From the IMG/VR virus record IMGVR_UViG_3300032291_002123, positions 1 through 64,000 of that record: DNA of 64,000 bases; one strand, 5' to 3'. Positions 40,101 through 48,841 of this stretch are shown here, piece by piece (position 1 is the stretch's first letter; each line of letters opens with the position of its first letter). Under the pieces are notes generated by a model. The model searched no databases. It saw only the letters and a program-made list of their open reading frames with translations, and had not been told where the DNA came from. A program made the translations under genes and the position numbers. Source of the DNA: a virus.

Positions 40101-43100
40101 TGCAACTGCGTTCCAAGCACCGTAGCCAACTGGATACATGCTGTAGTCCATGTCACCAACAAGTAAGAGAGTCTCTTTGCCCCTAGCCATGACGTTGTGC
40201 TCTGCCACCATATAGATATTTTTCTCTATTGCCTCTGCTTGTCTCATTGCTGGGCGTGTGTGACTTATGATGTACTCGTTGCCTTGGGGGTCTGTATAAT
40301 CAAAATCTTGTCGTATATGTTCTACGCCATCAATGACTAATTTTCTAGGCTCTGCGGCAGACTTAGTTAGGCGTTGCTTAACGCTTCTGTATTCCGCTGG
40401 AACGTCACTTCTAGAAGGTGCGCCTAGGTCTTCCTCTACTACCTGAGCACTAGATTGGACGGAGTTAGCAAACTGTCTACCGTCATCGCTTAGTATCGGG
40501 CTGTGATAAACAGGTGCGTCTAGTGATTCTCTGGCAGCCTCAAGCATTGCGGTTGCTAAACCTTTGCGCCGCTGTGCTGCATTTACGTAAATTGATGAAA
40601 TACTATTAAAGGGCTTGTTTTTGTCAAACGGGGCGTAGTTCCCAGCCTCGTCTGGCGGAATGTATACAATTCCTCTTGGGTCAGTTCCTGCATCCCACTG
40701 GCTAAGCAGCATGCCGCCCACGTAATTTCCCTCAGAATCTTGTATATTGACAAGCGGGTCGAAATAATACTCTGCTAAATCAGGTGAAACTGGCTCTTTT
40801 TCTGTAACTTTGGTTTGAGACACTATAACAGTAAACTTTTCTCCATCTTCTGAAGTGTAATCAAAAGTCTTAAGAGTCTCGCTTTGAGTGCTAGTTGGGT
40901 AATTTGTTTTAGTAGTCTTCTCATCGGCTTTTTTAAGTCTAGAAAGAACACTTCTAGATTTCTCGGAGTCTGGAATTCTAGAACTAGTGCCTAAGTCTTC
41001 ATCCACGGTAGCGGCAGTAGATTGAACCGCTTCAGCAAATCCTCTACCCCTGTCGGTTATGACGGCGCTGTGGTAGATGGGGTAAGGTGCAGTTTGACGT
41101 GCAGCCTCAAGCATGGCGGTGGCTATACCCTGCCTTCTAAATTCTTCACCGACGTTAACTCCAGTGATGGTGTAGAAAGGCTTATCTAAATCGGCTTGTT
41201 CTAGGTTTATATCCGATATAAGCGAGAGAAGTTGAGACCTAGATTCTCCAGAGACATTTCGTAGCCTGTAGGTCATAGTGGCAACGCCACCATTTTCATT
41301 TTTTGCCGTTACTGACTGAGCGCCAGTGTACTCATTGGCATCGCCAAAGTTTGAGATGTTGCTAGTTACAGTGTATTTTTGTCCTTCAGGAGCCTCGTAA
41401 TCAAAATTGTATTGACTGCGAGAAGGCACGCCCTTAGGTGCGACAATTTTATTTTCAGATGTTCTCTTTAGCCTGCTTCTAACTTCAGCAGATTTTGCGG
41501 AAACGTTAGTGTCGGCTGATACTCCCAAGTCTTCTTCTAATACTTGACTACTAGATTGAACGGCGTTAGCAAACGCTTCACCGACGCCATCGTTACCTAA
41601 GTACTTGCTGTGGTAGACAGGTATGTTAGTAGATTGTCTAACAGCCTCTAGCGCCGCTGTAGCCAAGCCTTTACGTCTTTTGTCTGGAGCAACAAATACT
41701 GAAGATATAACGTAAAAAGGTTTTTTGGTGTTTACACTGTCAGCATCTGAATCTCTCACAAAAACCCTAGGGTCTGTCGCCCCAGCAGGGATTATCGACA
41801 TTTGCATTCCACCAGCACGTTCGCCATTTGAATCATAGATTTTGATATGAGGCGGAATGTACATTGTGTTGCCAAATCTAACTTTTGCTCGATTAAGGCT
41901 AAATTTAATTTGGAACTTTTCCCCGTCTTCTGCCTCGTACTCAAACTCGTGGCTTACACCAATGTGGGTAGTCCCAAACCTTGCTTTCCAATACCTAGCG
42001 CCGCTACTACGACTTTTAGAGATATCTATTCTTTTTAGTCGTTTAAGAACTTCTTCATTCTTGGTGATGGCTTCTTTGTCAGATTTAGCATTTAGGTCAG
42101 ACTTAAAGAAAGCGTCAATAGGTTTGATTTTGTCCAACAATCCAGACAATCTGTAGCGCAGCGCATCTACTTGACGTCTGGCAGCCTCGGCAACCTGAGG
42201 GTTTTTAATTCCGTTAGCAATCTCGGCTGCTCTGTTTACAGAGTCTGCTGCTTTTTTCAGCGTATCGTCGTCTAGTTTTTGTTGCTCTAGGTCAGCCTCG
42301 GCTGCGTCTACATATGTTCCTAGGTCTTCTTGCAGAATCGGCGGTGGAGATAAGAATTCTTCTGTGGTGCCAGTGGATGCAGAGTCAGTCTTGTCTTTGT
42401 CCTTAGCAGCCTTAACCAGCATTCCCATAGTGAAGGCATCGCTGTTAGCACCGATGAGCATATCTTCGGCTGATAGTTCACCATTTTCATAAGCCTCTAC
42501 AACTTTTGAATTGTTGATGTATAGAACATCGTGGCGAGCCGACAAAATACGCTCTGTTCCAACAGTAAATACTTCATAGGCAGAGTCTGAATTTAGTTCT
42601 AAGTTCAAGCCGTCTTGACGGTCATAGAAATATACTCTTCCCGTGTATCTCTCCCTAAACATGTCATAAAAAGCGACTTCATCGCTGTTCGGGTGAGTGT
42701 TTCTGCCAAGCGTGGAATATGACTCTAGAGAAATAGCGTTTCGGTCTTGACTGTCGTCCATGGCGTTAGGTCTAGAGCCGTCAGGGTTTTTAGGGAGAAT
42801 CTGAGAGAACAAGAATCCCCACTCCATACTCTTTAGTTCTGGGTAAGCCTGCTCAAATAGGTGACCTAATTCGTGCACGCCAACTGAACCGCCGAGTGGA
42901 ATATCTGAATCGTGTGCATGCGTGCTTAGTGTTAGTTCGGTGCCGTCTCTATAGCCACCTCTGCCGTCAGGAGACCAGTCAACAGGCAGCATGCCACCCC
43001 AGAATTTTCCAGAATTCTTTACGTAGTCAGCCATTTTTTCTACTACTGCAGCAGGATAACTTCTCAAAGCCCACTTAATTGATTCTTTGGCTAAATCTAC

Positions 43101-46100
43101 GGAGTCAGACATTTTAGGGTCTGGCATAGTCCTTCTTCTAATGCCATCAAACGAGATGAACTCGCTGCCGTCACCCTCGTACATAGGAATATCTAGGTCT
43201 TTAAAGAGTTGCTGGTATTCTTCCCTTGAAACTACACCTAATCTGTCAGATGCCTTAACGTAATTCTTTTTAATGTTTCTCAGTTCGATGCGACGTTTAT
43301 ACATGTCGACAACTTCTTGAACGTTGTTTTCGAGAGCGTACCACTCTAACGCCTGTTTTTTGTCGCCATTTGGTTTCTCAACGATTTTGACCCACTCGCT
43401 GTCAATTTTTCCTTGAATCCAATCTTCTTTACTGCGTTCTAATGCTTTTTGAAGAGCGAGGTTTTTTTGTTTAGGGTCTACAATATCCCTAATATCCTTA
43501 CCTTCTGAGGCAACACGTATAAACATGGATTCCAGAAAGTCTTTTCTTTCTTCATACTGTTTCTCAGCCAAGGTGCGAGCGTAATCCCTAGTCTTTTGCT
43601 GTAGACGTTTTTCTTCTTCATTTCCAGAAACAACGCTAGCAAGTTTCTCAAAAATGTCGTCGCCAAACTCGTTTCTCATACGCTGAGAGATTCTTGCTCT
43701 GGCAGCAGCAGTTAGCGCCTGAGAGTTCTCGATAAAGGCGTCCATCTCGTCTAGAACTTGGTCGTCTGGACGCTGCTTCAATTTGAATGAGTCTGGGCTA
43801 TTTGGAAGGAACTCGGCAAGACGCTTCATCTTTACCATGATGCGAGTGCCTAAACTCTGTTCGTTGGCATCTTTGTTTACAACTTCTGGAGAAAATAGGA
43901 AACTCGGAACAGAAGCATCCATCTCTAGAGCCATCTGCGCTAGAGTCTTATCCTCTTCTGTGGTTTGTAGGTCGATGCCAACCTTGGCAAGAGTCTCTTT
44001 TACTTCTGGAGAGTTAGGAGTGCCTAGGTCTTCTGGAAGAGTAGCCTTAGGGTCTCCACTGTAGAGCATCTGACCTTGACGCTCTTCACGCAGTTCTAAT
44101 TCAGTCTTAGGGCGGTCAGAGCGAGAGTCGTTTTCTTCGGTCATCCACTCTGCAGCATTTTCAATTGCTTGCTCTGGGTTGTCGTAAGTTCTACGGCTTG
44201 CAGGGTCGAACGAGTCTTGAGATTTCTTGTCGTTGTAAACCTCGCTGACCCATCTGCCTTGAGCGTTCTGTATAACCGTGCTGCGTAACGCTTCGTCAGA
44301 ACTTGGCTCAGTGGCGTAAGAGCCGTCTTCTTGCTTAATGAAATCTTCAGGAGTAATTACATCGTCGTCGTGGACGTGCTCTAAACCTAATCTGTTCTTA
44401 AAGTCTCTAGCCTTTTTGTCTCTAGGGTTAGGCTGACGTGGAGAAGTGGTTTCGTTGTTCTCGGCAATAGCCTGAACGTCTTCCCAGTCTTGTGCGTAGC
44501 CGATAACTTCAGGCTTAATGTTCTTGTCTTCCCAAGGTGCAACTTGGCGAGTAATTTCAAAGATTGGCTGGTCGTCTTCAATTTCGGTTGAGCCACTGCG
44601 GAAGCCGTTAACTATAGCGCCGTTCTTAACGTTTGCTTCCATGCGCTGCTGCACTTCCTTGTGCTGCGCTGGCTGATAGCGTCTTACAGTGAAGCCGCCC
44701 AAATCCTTAGCGTTGTTCTTTGTCCTATAAGTCGAGTAAGGCAATCCCTTCTCGGGGTCTGCAGGAGTAACTGCGTCAAATGTGTTCTTAGGGAATTCTC
44801 CTTGAGGAACGTCTCCCCACATACGTCTCTGAACGCTTCCAGCACGCTTCTGGTCGTTCTTTCGGTCATAGCGTGATACGCCTGCCTGAACATCTCCCCA
44901 AGACTGGTAGTAGCCGATTGACTCATTTCCACTCTCGGTGAATCTACCTCGAGGTTGGCTTAGAGGATTAGTCATAACCTCATAAACAGGATACTTAGGG
45001 TCGAGAGCGCCGTTCTCACCTAAGCCTTTTACTTCTGCGCCATACTGCTCTTTGTGACGTTCTAAATCTGGCAACGCTGCGCCAGCCTCGTGCTTAATCG
45101 CATAGTAGCCGTCAGCAGAAACGAATCCGTTTCCACCAGCAACCCAGCCAGATGGTGCGTCAATTTTTTGTAGCGTGTTTACATCTAATGCGTAGTCTCT
45201 TGCATAATCTGCTGAAGCCTTACCCTTGAGAGAAAGCATCTTTCCAAGTTTGCCGCCGATGTATGCCTTAACGCCTTCAACATTTGTGGCAGGAATTCTG
45301 AAGATTCCAGTTCCTAGAGTTGGGTGGTCAAATACTTCAACGTCAAAGGTATTAGTTTTAGGGTCTGAGCCGACAAACTTACCAACAACAGAATCGATGA
45401 AGCCTTTTAGTCCTCTGGTAAAGAACCTTGCTCCACCACCCATCCAAGCGAAGCGACCTCTACGGTCTCTACGCTGGAGTTTCGCCCGTGCCGAACGTGC
45501 TAAAAAAGAGTTCTCTCCTGAAAACGGGTTACTTGCAGCGATAATCGCAAGCACCACTTCTCTAGGCACGTCCTGTGCATCAGCAGACTCTAAGCGAGCG
45601 ATAGAAAACTGACGCTCTACGGTATCTGGCACGGTTAGATACGCTGAAGCGACGACAGGTCTATACTCCTCACTAATTCTTGAGTCTGCTGCAAACCACT
45701 CACTTCTCTTCTCAATCTTCTCGAGTAGAGATGCATACTCGGTAGAAGTTGATAGAGGGTGACCGATAGGTAGTAGGTCGGTGTTGTTTTGAGAAATCTT
45801 AGATGGAGTTCCAGTGGTAGCCATGTTTATGTAATCTGAAACTTCACGCAAGGCGGTGAACGCTCTTGCTTGAGCATCTTGTGACATGATGCTTCTACTT
45901 AGTGAACGCTGTGCAACCGTCATAGCCTCGATTGGCATAACCTTACGAGCGTCTAGGACGTTCTCGTTGGCAGATGCAACCATAGCCTTGATGGTCTCCG
46001 AAAAACTTAACTCGCTTGACGGTTCGTCAGAAGGGAGTTCGTTAACGGCAGCAACGTCCAGAGCGTCAATCAACTGATTGACTGGGTTCTCTTCGTTACT

Positions 46101-46109
46101 AGGGTACAT
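37179..46109 (-). CDS. Giant multidomain (polyvalent) head-region protein, 2976 aa: zincin, six GNAT repeats, ART-like, C-terminal RelA/SpoT-like domain
   Basis: HELGH at 42861-42875; six (R/Q)RxG(L/I)ATAxxE..R....P(V/I)YH modules; ART-like IFRG..GNGVIGPGTYVST..YVIYN; RelA/SpoT-like RLKSTDSLARK..DSIRYT..YQGIN..EFQMHT. Confidence 0.8.
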   Translation of the reverse strand: MYPSNEENPVNQLIDALDVAAVNELPSDEPSSELSFSETIKAMVASANENVLDARKVMPIEAMTVAQRSLSRSIMSQDAQARAFTALREVSDYINMATTGTPSKISQNNTDLLPIGHPLSTSTEYASLLEKIEKRSEWFAADSRISEEYRPVVASAYLTVPDTVERQFSIARLESADAQDVPREVVLAIIAASNPFSGENSFLARSARAKLQRRDRRGRFAWMGGGARFFTRGLKGFIDSVVGKFVGSDPKTNTFDVEVFDHPTLGTGIFRIPATNVEGVKAYIGGKLGKMLSLKGKASADYARDYALDVNTLQKIDAPSGWVAGGNGFVSADGYYAIKHEAGAALPDLERHKEQYGAEVKGLGENGALDPKYPVYEVMTNPLSQPRGRFTESGNESIGYYQSWGDVQAGVSRYDRKNDQKRAGSVQRRMWGDVPQGEFPKNTFDAVTPADPEKGLPYSTYRTKNNAKDLGGFTVRRYQPAQHKEVQQRMEANVKNGAIVNGFRSGSTEIEDDQPIFEITRQVAPWEDKNIKPEVIGYAQDWEDVQAIAENNETTSPRQPNPRDKKARDFKNRLGLEHVHDDDVITPEDFIKQEDGSYATEPSSDEALRSTVIQNAQGRWVSEVYNDKKSQDSFDPASRRTYDNPEQAIENAAEWMTEENDSRSDRPKTELELREERQGQMLYSGDPKATLPEDLGTPNSPEVKETLAKVGIDLQTTEEDKTLAQMALEMDASVPSFLFSPEVVNKDANEQSLGTRIMVKMKRLAEFLPNSPDSFKLKQRPDDQVLDEMDAFIENSQALTAAARARISQRMRNEFGDDIFEKLASVVSGNEEEKRLQQKTRDYARTLAEKQYEERKDFLESMFIRVASEGKDIRDIVDPKQKNLALQKALERSKEDWIQGKIDSEWVKIVEKPNGDKKQALEWYALENNVQEVVDMYKRRIELRNIKKNYVKASDRLGVVSREEYQQLFKDLDIPMYEGDGSEFISFDGIRRRTMPDPKMSDSVDLAKESIKWALRSYPAAVVEKMADYVKNSGKFWGGMLPVDWSPDGRGGYRDGTELTLSTHAHDSDIPLGGSVGVHELGHLFEQAYPELKSMEWGFLFSQILPKNPDGSRPNAMDDSQDRNAISLESYSTLGRNTHPNSDEVAFYDMFRERYTGRVYFYDRQDGLNLELNSDSAYEVFTVGTERILSARHDVLYINNSKVVEAYENGELSAEDMLIGANSDAFTMGMLVKAAKDKDKTDSASTGTTEEFLSPPPILQEDLGTYVDAAEADLEQQKLDDDTLKKAADSVNRAAEIANGIKNPQVAEAARRQVDALRYRLSGLLDKIKPIDAFFKSDLNAKSDKEAITKNEEVLKRLKRIDISKSRSSGARYWKARFGTTHIGVSHEFEYEAEDGEKFQIKFSLNRAKVRFGNTMYIPPHIKIYDSNGERAGGMQMSIIPAGATDPRVFVRDSDADSVNTKKPFYVISSVFVAPDKRRKGLATAALEAVRQSTNIPVYHSKYLGNDGVGEAFANAVQSSSQVLEEDLGVSADTNVSAKSAEVRSRLKRTSENKIVAPKGVPSRSQYNFDYEAPEGQKYTVTSNISNFGDANEYTGAQSVTAKNENGGVATMTYRLRNVSGESRSQLLSLISDINLEQADLDKPFYTITGVNVGEEFRRQGIATAMLEAARQTAPYPIYHSAVITDRGRGFAEAVQSTAATVDEDLGTSSRIPDSEKSRSVLSRLKKADEKTTKTNYPTSTQSETLKTFDYTSEDGEKFTVIVSQTKVTEKEPVSPDLAEYYFDPLVNIQDSEGNYVGGMLLSQWDAGTDPRGIVYIPPDEAGNYAPFDKNKPFNSISSIYVNAAQRRKGLATAMLEAARESLDAPVYHSPILSDDGRQFANSVQSSAQVVEEDLGAPSRSDVPAEYRSVKQRLTKSAAEPRKLVIDGVEHIRQDFDYTDPQGNEYIISHTRPAMRQAEAIEKNIYMVAEHNVMARGKETLLLVGDMDYSMYPVGYGAWNAVADVNISQVDEDKPYYTISGILVRYEFRRRGLATAMLEAARSDTDFPIYHSKHLSEDGREFAAGVQSPAQVLDEDLGDVRDRVSPSQALFERVTSKIPEEKRLAQEEIKSRIKSNNDLKSSVRELDLSGQFANKEFPKVRTVTETGEYVTKDGKKIILSRHDQWDIDNEGREYLSRGSVEAYLPAEGAYDTGAGSFIEPTEVDPWPIGSFYYSEAKSYYIVDDNSREKLRWDETEVGGSSENVRIDNTKPFTTVDWVEVDDSLQREGIATAMMEFARTNAGMPIYHDATRTPSGSRFADAVQSSSQVMEEDLGEEFTLVFQDKDADLTPQKRIRKRVKSDNNLETEISEEGKRKNITETGEYTDADGNRFQLVRDDRWSINQRGEELRYGKVLAYPYEPNGEVDINPVALVTYAEPPSETLPDGSRRWWPDAIGGSSLDDPNFDEFKPFSTINMIEVDEDFQRRGLATAILEFARTNAGMPIYHSSNLTDDGEKFAGKVQSSQTPTDEDLGSPTPKDLNAVADEAVQRAKIGKKIDLGSYPMNRGQEEDNPKNNGYKTDFRKMKEVIEAQGWDKPAIGVTKDEFRELWNSAAQLGLTRIFRGAPNNASQELVDGKPFIGNGVIGPGTYVSTNYSRASQFASSEGYSVMEMLVPNELLRSYKDRTALRREVADRYGDKYMYDSDAPFVVFAADGNGAVSGEGWSRFSGDYVIYNTSAIIVVDPSTETDRVQSQGENKDEDLGTYRTATKKKIEIPPLAEEPPLEKDRDPKAVEAAKKVRKLAEQMEPEVTKIMTTLAETLDGDLDQLDQRLKSTDSLARKIKDDANKDFEGDIDQSAEKVSDSIRYTMTVDGSRYTDSVRRVIARFEQMGYEVRVKNFWEGGDPYQGINMKLTKNGVTVEFQMHTPESLQIKVDQLHEIYEEYRKIDTEKGQDLDKLDAKMLFWEKMIGIASQIPNPDNYDELLNIGTLVQQQFEL

Positions 46110-46127
46110 TTTGTATCCTTCTGATTT

Positions 46128-46634
46128 CTAGAATTGAATAACTTGAACTTGTGTTGCGTCTGCACCAACGATGGTGCCAAGTTGCCATAGCCACTTGTCA
46201 TGCATGTCGATGCGCTCTGCAAGGAAGTTTATGATTCCCTGCTGGTTTAGAGCATTTGCGATTTCAAACGCCTCGAGCAGTGAGTCACGAAGAGTTTGGT
46301 TAATTCCGTGAAGAACTAAGGACATGGCAACAGGGTCGCCACCAGTTGGGCGAACCTCGATGCAAGAAAGACTTACGAAGTCTTGCAAGGTGAAAGGTGC
46401 GTCGTATCCGAGTTTACGAATGTGCTCAGCAAGTGGGTCAACTGCACTGTCTGCATCTTCGTAAAGTTTTTGGAAGAACTTGTGATACTGACTAAATTCA
46501 ATGCCACGAACGTTCCAATGAAAACCTTGAGCGGTGAACTTGTAGGCAGTGGTGTCTGCAAGAAGGCAAGACAACTTATGGACTAGTTCTTGCTTGCCAA
46601 CGCTAGCGCTGAGTTCGATTTCGATGTTTTCCAT
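46128..46634 (-). CDS. dps: Dps / ferritin-like DNA protection protein
   Basis: Dps ferroxidase signature FHWNVRG..YHKFFQKLYE..DPLAEHIRKLG..HDKWLWQL. Confidence 0.9.
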   Translation of the reverse strand: MENIEIELSASVGKQELVHKLSCLLADTTAYKFTAQGFHWNVRGIEFSQYHKFFQKLYEDADSAVDPLAEHIRKLGYDAPFTLQDFVSLSCIEVRPTGGDPVAMSLVLHGINQTLRDSLLEAFEIANALNQQGIINFLAERIDMHDKWLWQLGTIVGADATQVQVIQF

Positions 46635-46643
46635 TTATATCTC

Positions 46644-48458
46644 CTAGATTTCTATCTTCGGTTCAGCAAGCAATCCTGCTGGTGCTTCGTCGCCTGTAGG
46701 TGCTGCAGGTTGCGGTGCTTCTGCTGGTGCAGGAGTAGGCGCTGCTTCTGGGGTAGGTGCAGGTTCGGCTGGCGGTGCTTGTTCTGGTGCAGCAGGTGGT
46801 GCTTCACCCTGAAGCATTTGCTCCATACCTGGCGGCATAGGTGCAGGGTTACCAGCCTGTGATGCCTCACGAACCTTGTCCATAACGTCTGGTGCAACAA
46901 CACCAAGCATTGCCTCTGTAAGTTCAGGTGTGATGACACCCTTGTTGATTAGAAGACGTAATGCAACTTCAGTTGGAGACGGAGCCTCTGCCTCTGAGAA
47001 ACCGTGGGTTCTACGCCAAGTCTCGAGGCTAACTGCCATCTTGTCGAAACCAGAGTCTGCATCTTGAGCACGGTCATTGCGAGTAGCAACAGCAGTAGGG
47101 TCAAACCAAACAACGATGCGGTTGACGTCGTTCTCTGAGAAACCGTTAGCAAGTAGATACGGACGTAGATACATAACAGTAAGAGCGTCAGCAATAAGCA
47201 ACATCAGTGGTTCAATGTGTGCTTTGTAAAGGCTCTCGTCGATTTGTAGAGCATTTGAATACTTAACGTTAGCCAAACCAGTAACGATGTCCTTAGGGAC
47301 GTCTAAGCCTTGGAGGATGCGCTCAAGCACACGGTCAGAACGCTCGGCAAGCATTGGGTCGAATGAACGCTCGAACTTAAACTGCTTAATCTTGTCGCCC
47401 AGTTCAGCAGGACCTCTAATGATAAGTGGGACTACGGCTGAGGCGCTGTCCTCGTCCTTAATCGGCGTGGTCATAGCGTCGATGAGTTGGTCTTCGAACT
47501 CGTCTTCGACTTCCTCTGGAGTTGGGTCGGTGTAGATGCCGTCTTGGTCATCGTAAGGGTAGTCAGGGTCTGGAGAAGCAGAAACGCTAAGTCCATCTGG
47601 CAAGTAAAGAGCACCTGCGTTTAGACGACTCTTAGCGGTGGCACGGAAAGTGCGGTTAAGCAAAAGAAGTTCAGAGCAAAGGTCAAGGATTCCACGTAGT
47701 GATGAATCCGCCTCTTCAGAGAAACGTGGGTGTGCTTTCCAAATACGTCCAACGAACGCACCCTTAGGAATTGGGATAACGCCTGGCTTACCTGCTGATG
47801 CTGCAGCAACCTTCAACTCTCGACGTGGAGTGATTAGGTAGTTGCCCTTACCATCTGTGGTCAACTCGTCAATAGAACGGATATCCCAAGACTCAGGCGC
47901 ACCCGTTCCCGGACGTGCAGGAATCTGGCTTAGGTAGCACTCGCCAGCAACCTGCAAGTTAAGTGCAGCATCTCGTAGCAAACCAGCCTGACCGCCGTAT
48001 GCGCTGTCGAGACGTGCGAGTGCACGCTCTGAAGCAGAAACCAAACGCTCGTCATAGTTTTCGACGTTGCGAATAGGTGACGGAGTTTCAGATGGGTTTT
48101 CAACTACTGCTGCATAAAGACGCACTCTTGAGACAACGGCAGCAACAAGGTTGAAAGCGTATTTGATTTCACCAATTGCGTCGTAATACTCCCACGCTTC
48201 CGTCTGCCACATGCTAGAGCCAGCACTACGACGTTGCCTAAACATATCTGCTTCATTGCGGTCACCAAGTTTGATTTGGGTAGCAGCAGCAGTAAGTGGA
48301 CGTGGTGTCGAGTAAACCGCTGGCTGTGCAGAGTTTGGGTTCTGATTTAGGAATACGGGTGGAATGTATTGTGTCTGAGGTGCGACAGGAGCCGACGCTC
48401 TTATACCCTGTTGTGGTCTTTTAGGGTTAGAGGCAGGTTCTTTACTAAAGATGCCCAA
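46644..48458 (-). CDS. Portal protein
   Basis: WQTEAWEYYDAIGEIKY, LQVAGECYL, RIWKAHPR..ADS and SRLNAG motifs; Pro-rich C-tail; position before the head genes. Confidence 0.85.
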   Translation of the reverse strand: MGIFSKEPASNPKRPQQGIRASAPVAPQTQYIPPVFLNQNPNSAQPAVYSTPRPLTAAATQIKLGDRNEADMFRQRRSAGSSMWQTEAWEYYDAIGEIKYAFNLVAAVVSRVRLYAAVVENPSETPSPIRNVENYDERLVSASERALARLDSAYGGQAGLLRDAALNLQVAGECYLSQIPARPGTGAPESWDIRSIDELTTDGKGNYLITPRRELKVAAASAGKPGVIPIPKGAFVGRIWKAHPRFSEEADSSLRGILDLCSELLLLNRTFRATAKSRLNAGALYLPDGLSVSASPDPDYPYDDQDGIYTDPTPEEVEDEFEDQLIDAMTTPIKDEDSASAVVPLIIRGPAELGDKIKQFKFERSFDPMLAERSDRVLERILQGLDVPKDIVTGLANVKYSNALQIDESLYKAHIEPLMLLIADALTVMYLRPYLLANGFSENDVNRIVVWFDPTAVATRNDRAQDADSGFDKMAVSLETWRRTHGFSEAEAPSPTEVALRLLINKGVITPELTEAMLGVVAPDVMDKVREASQAGNPAPMPPGMEQMLQGEAPPAAPEQAPPAEPAPTPEAAPTPAPAEAPQPAAPTGDEAPAGLLAEPKIEI

Positions 48459-48487
48459 AATGGCTCTCCGTTCCTGTCGAATTATCG

Positions 48488-48841
48488 CTAGTGGTCATAG
48501 CGAGACGTAATTATGCCAGCAACTGCGGATAATGCGAAAGGTAGGGCAACGACCACAGTTGCTGTTGGAACTATTGTATAGCAAATCGTGAGTAGTGATG
48601 CTACCCAAACGCTCATGCACCAGTTGCAAGTGAACAAATAACCTAATTTTGTGAGCGGAGAATAGCGCTTCCAAAGTCGTTGACGTAGGTCGTCAAAGAT
48701 AACGTCGGTGGTAAGCAAACGTGAAAATCTGAACGTTGCTAAGGAGAGAATAATTAGTTGAATGAAGGGTTCGTTAAGCACTTGGGTCTTTCGTAGAGGA
48801 TAGAGTGCGGTATGGATTCCAACTTCTGAGGCGAGAGCCAC
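48488..48841 (-). CDS. Small membrane protein, DUF1360-like (start may be further downstream)
   Basis: FRFSRLLTTDVIF..LGYLFTCNWCMSVW plus hydrophobic segments. Confidence 0.65.
   Translation of the reverse strand: MALASEVGIHTALYPLRKTQVLNEPFIQLIILSLATFRFSRLLTTDVIFDDLRQRLWKRYSPLTKLGYLFTCNWCMSVWVASLLTICYTIVPTATVVVALPFALSAVAGIITSRYDH

Noticed and set aside
38586-42317. GNAT repeats as an assembly artefact or DGR variable repeats
   Set aside because: Copies are strongly diverged at DNA level with synonymous changes, are not adenine-specific, and no reverse transcriptase is present.
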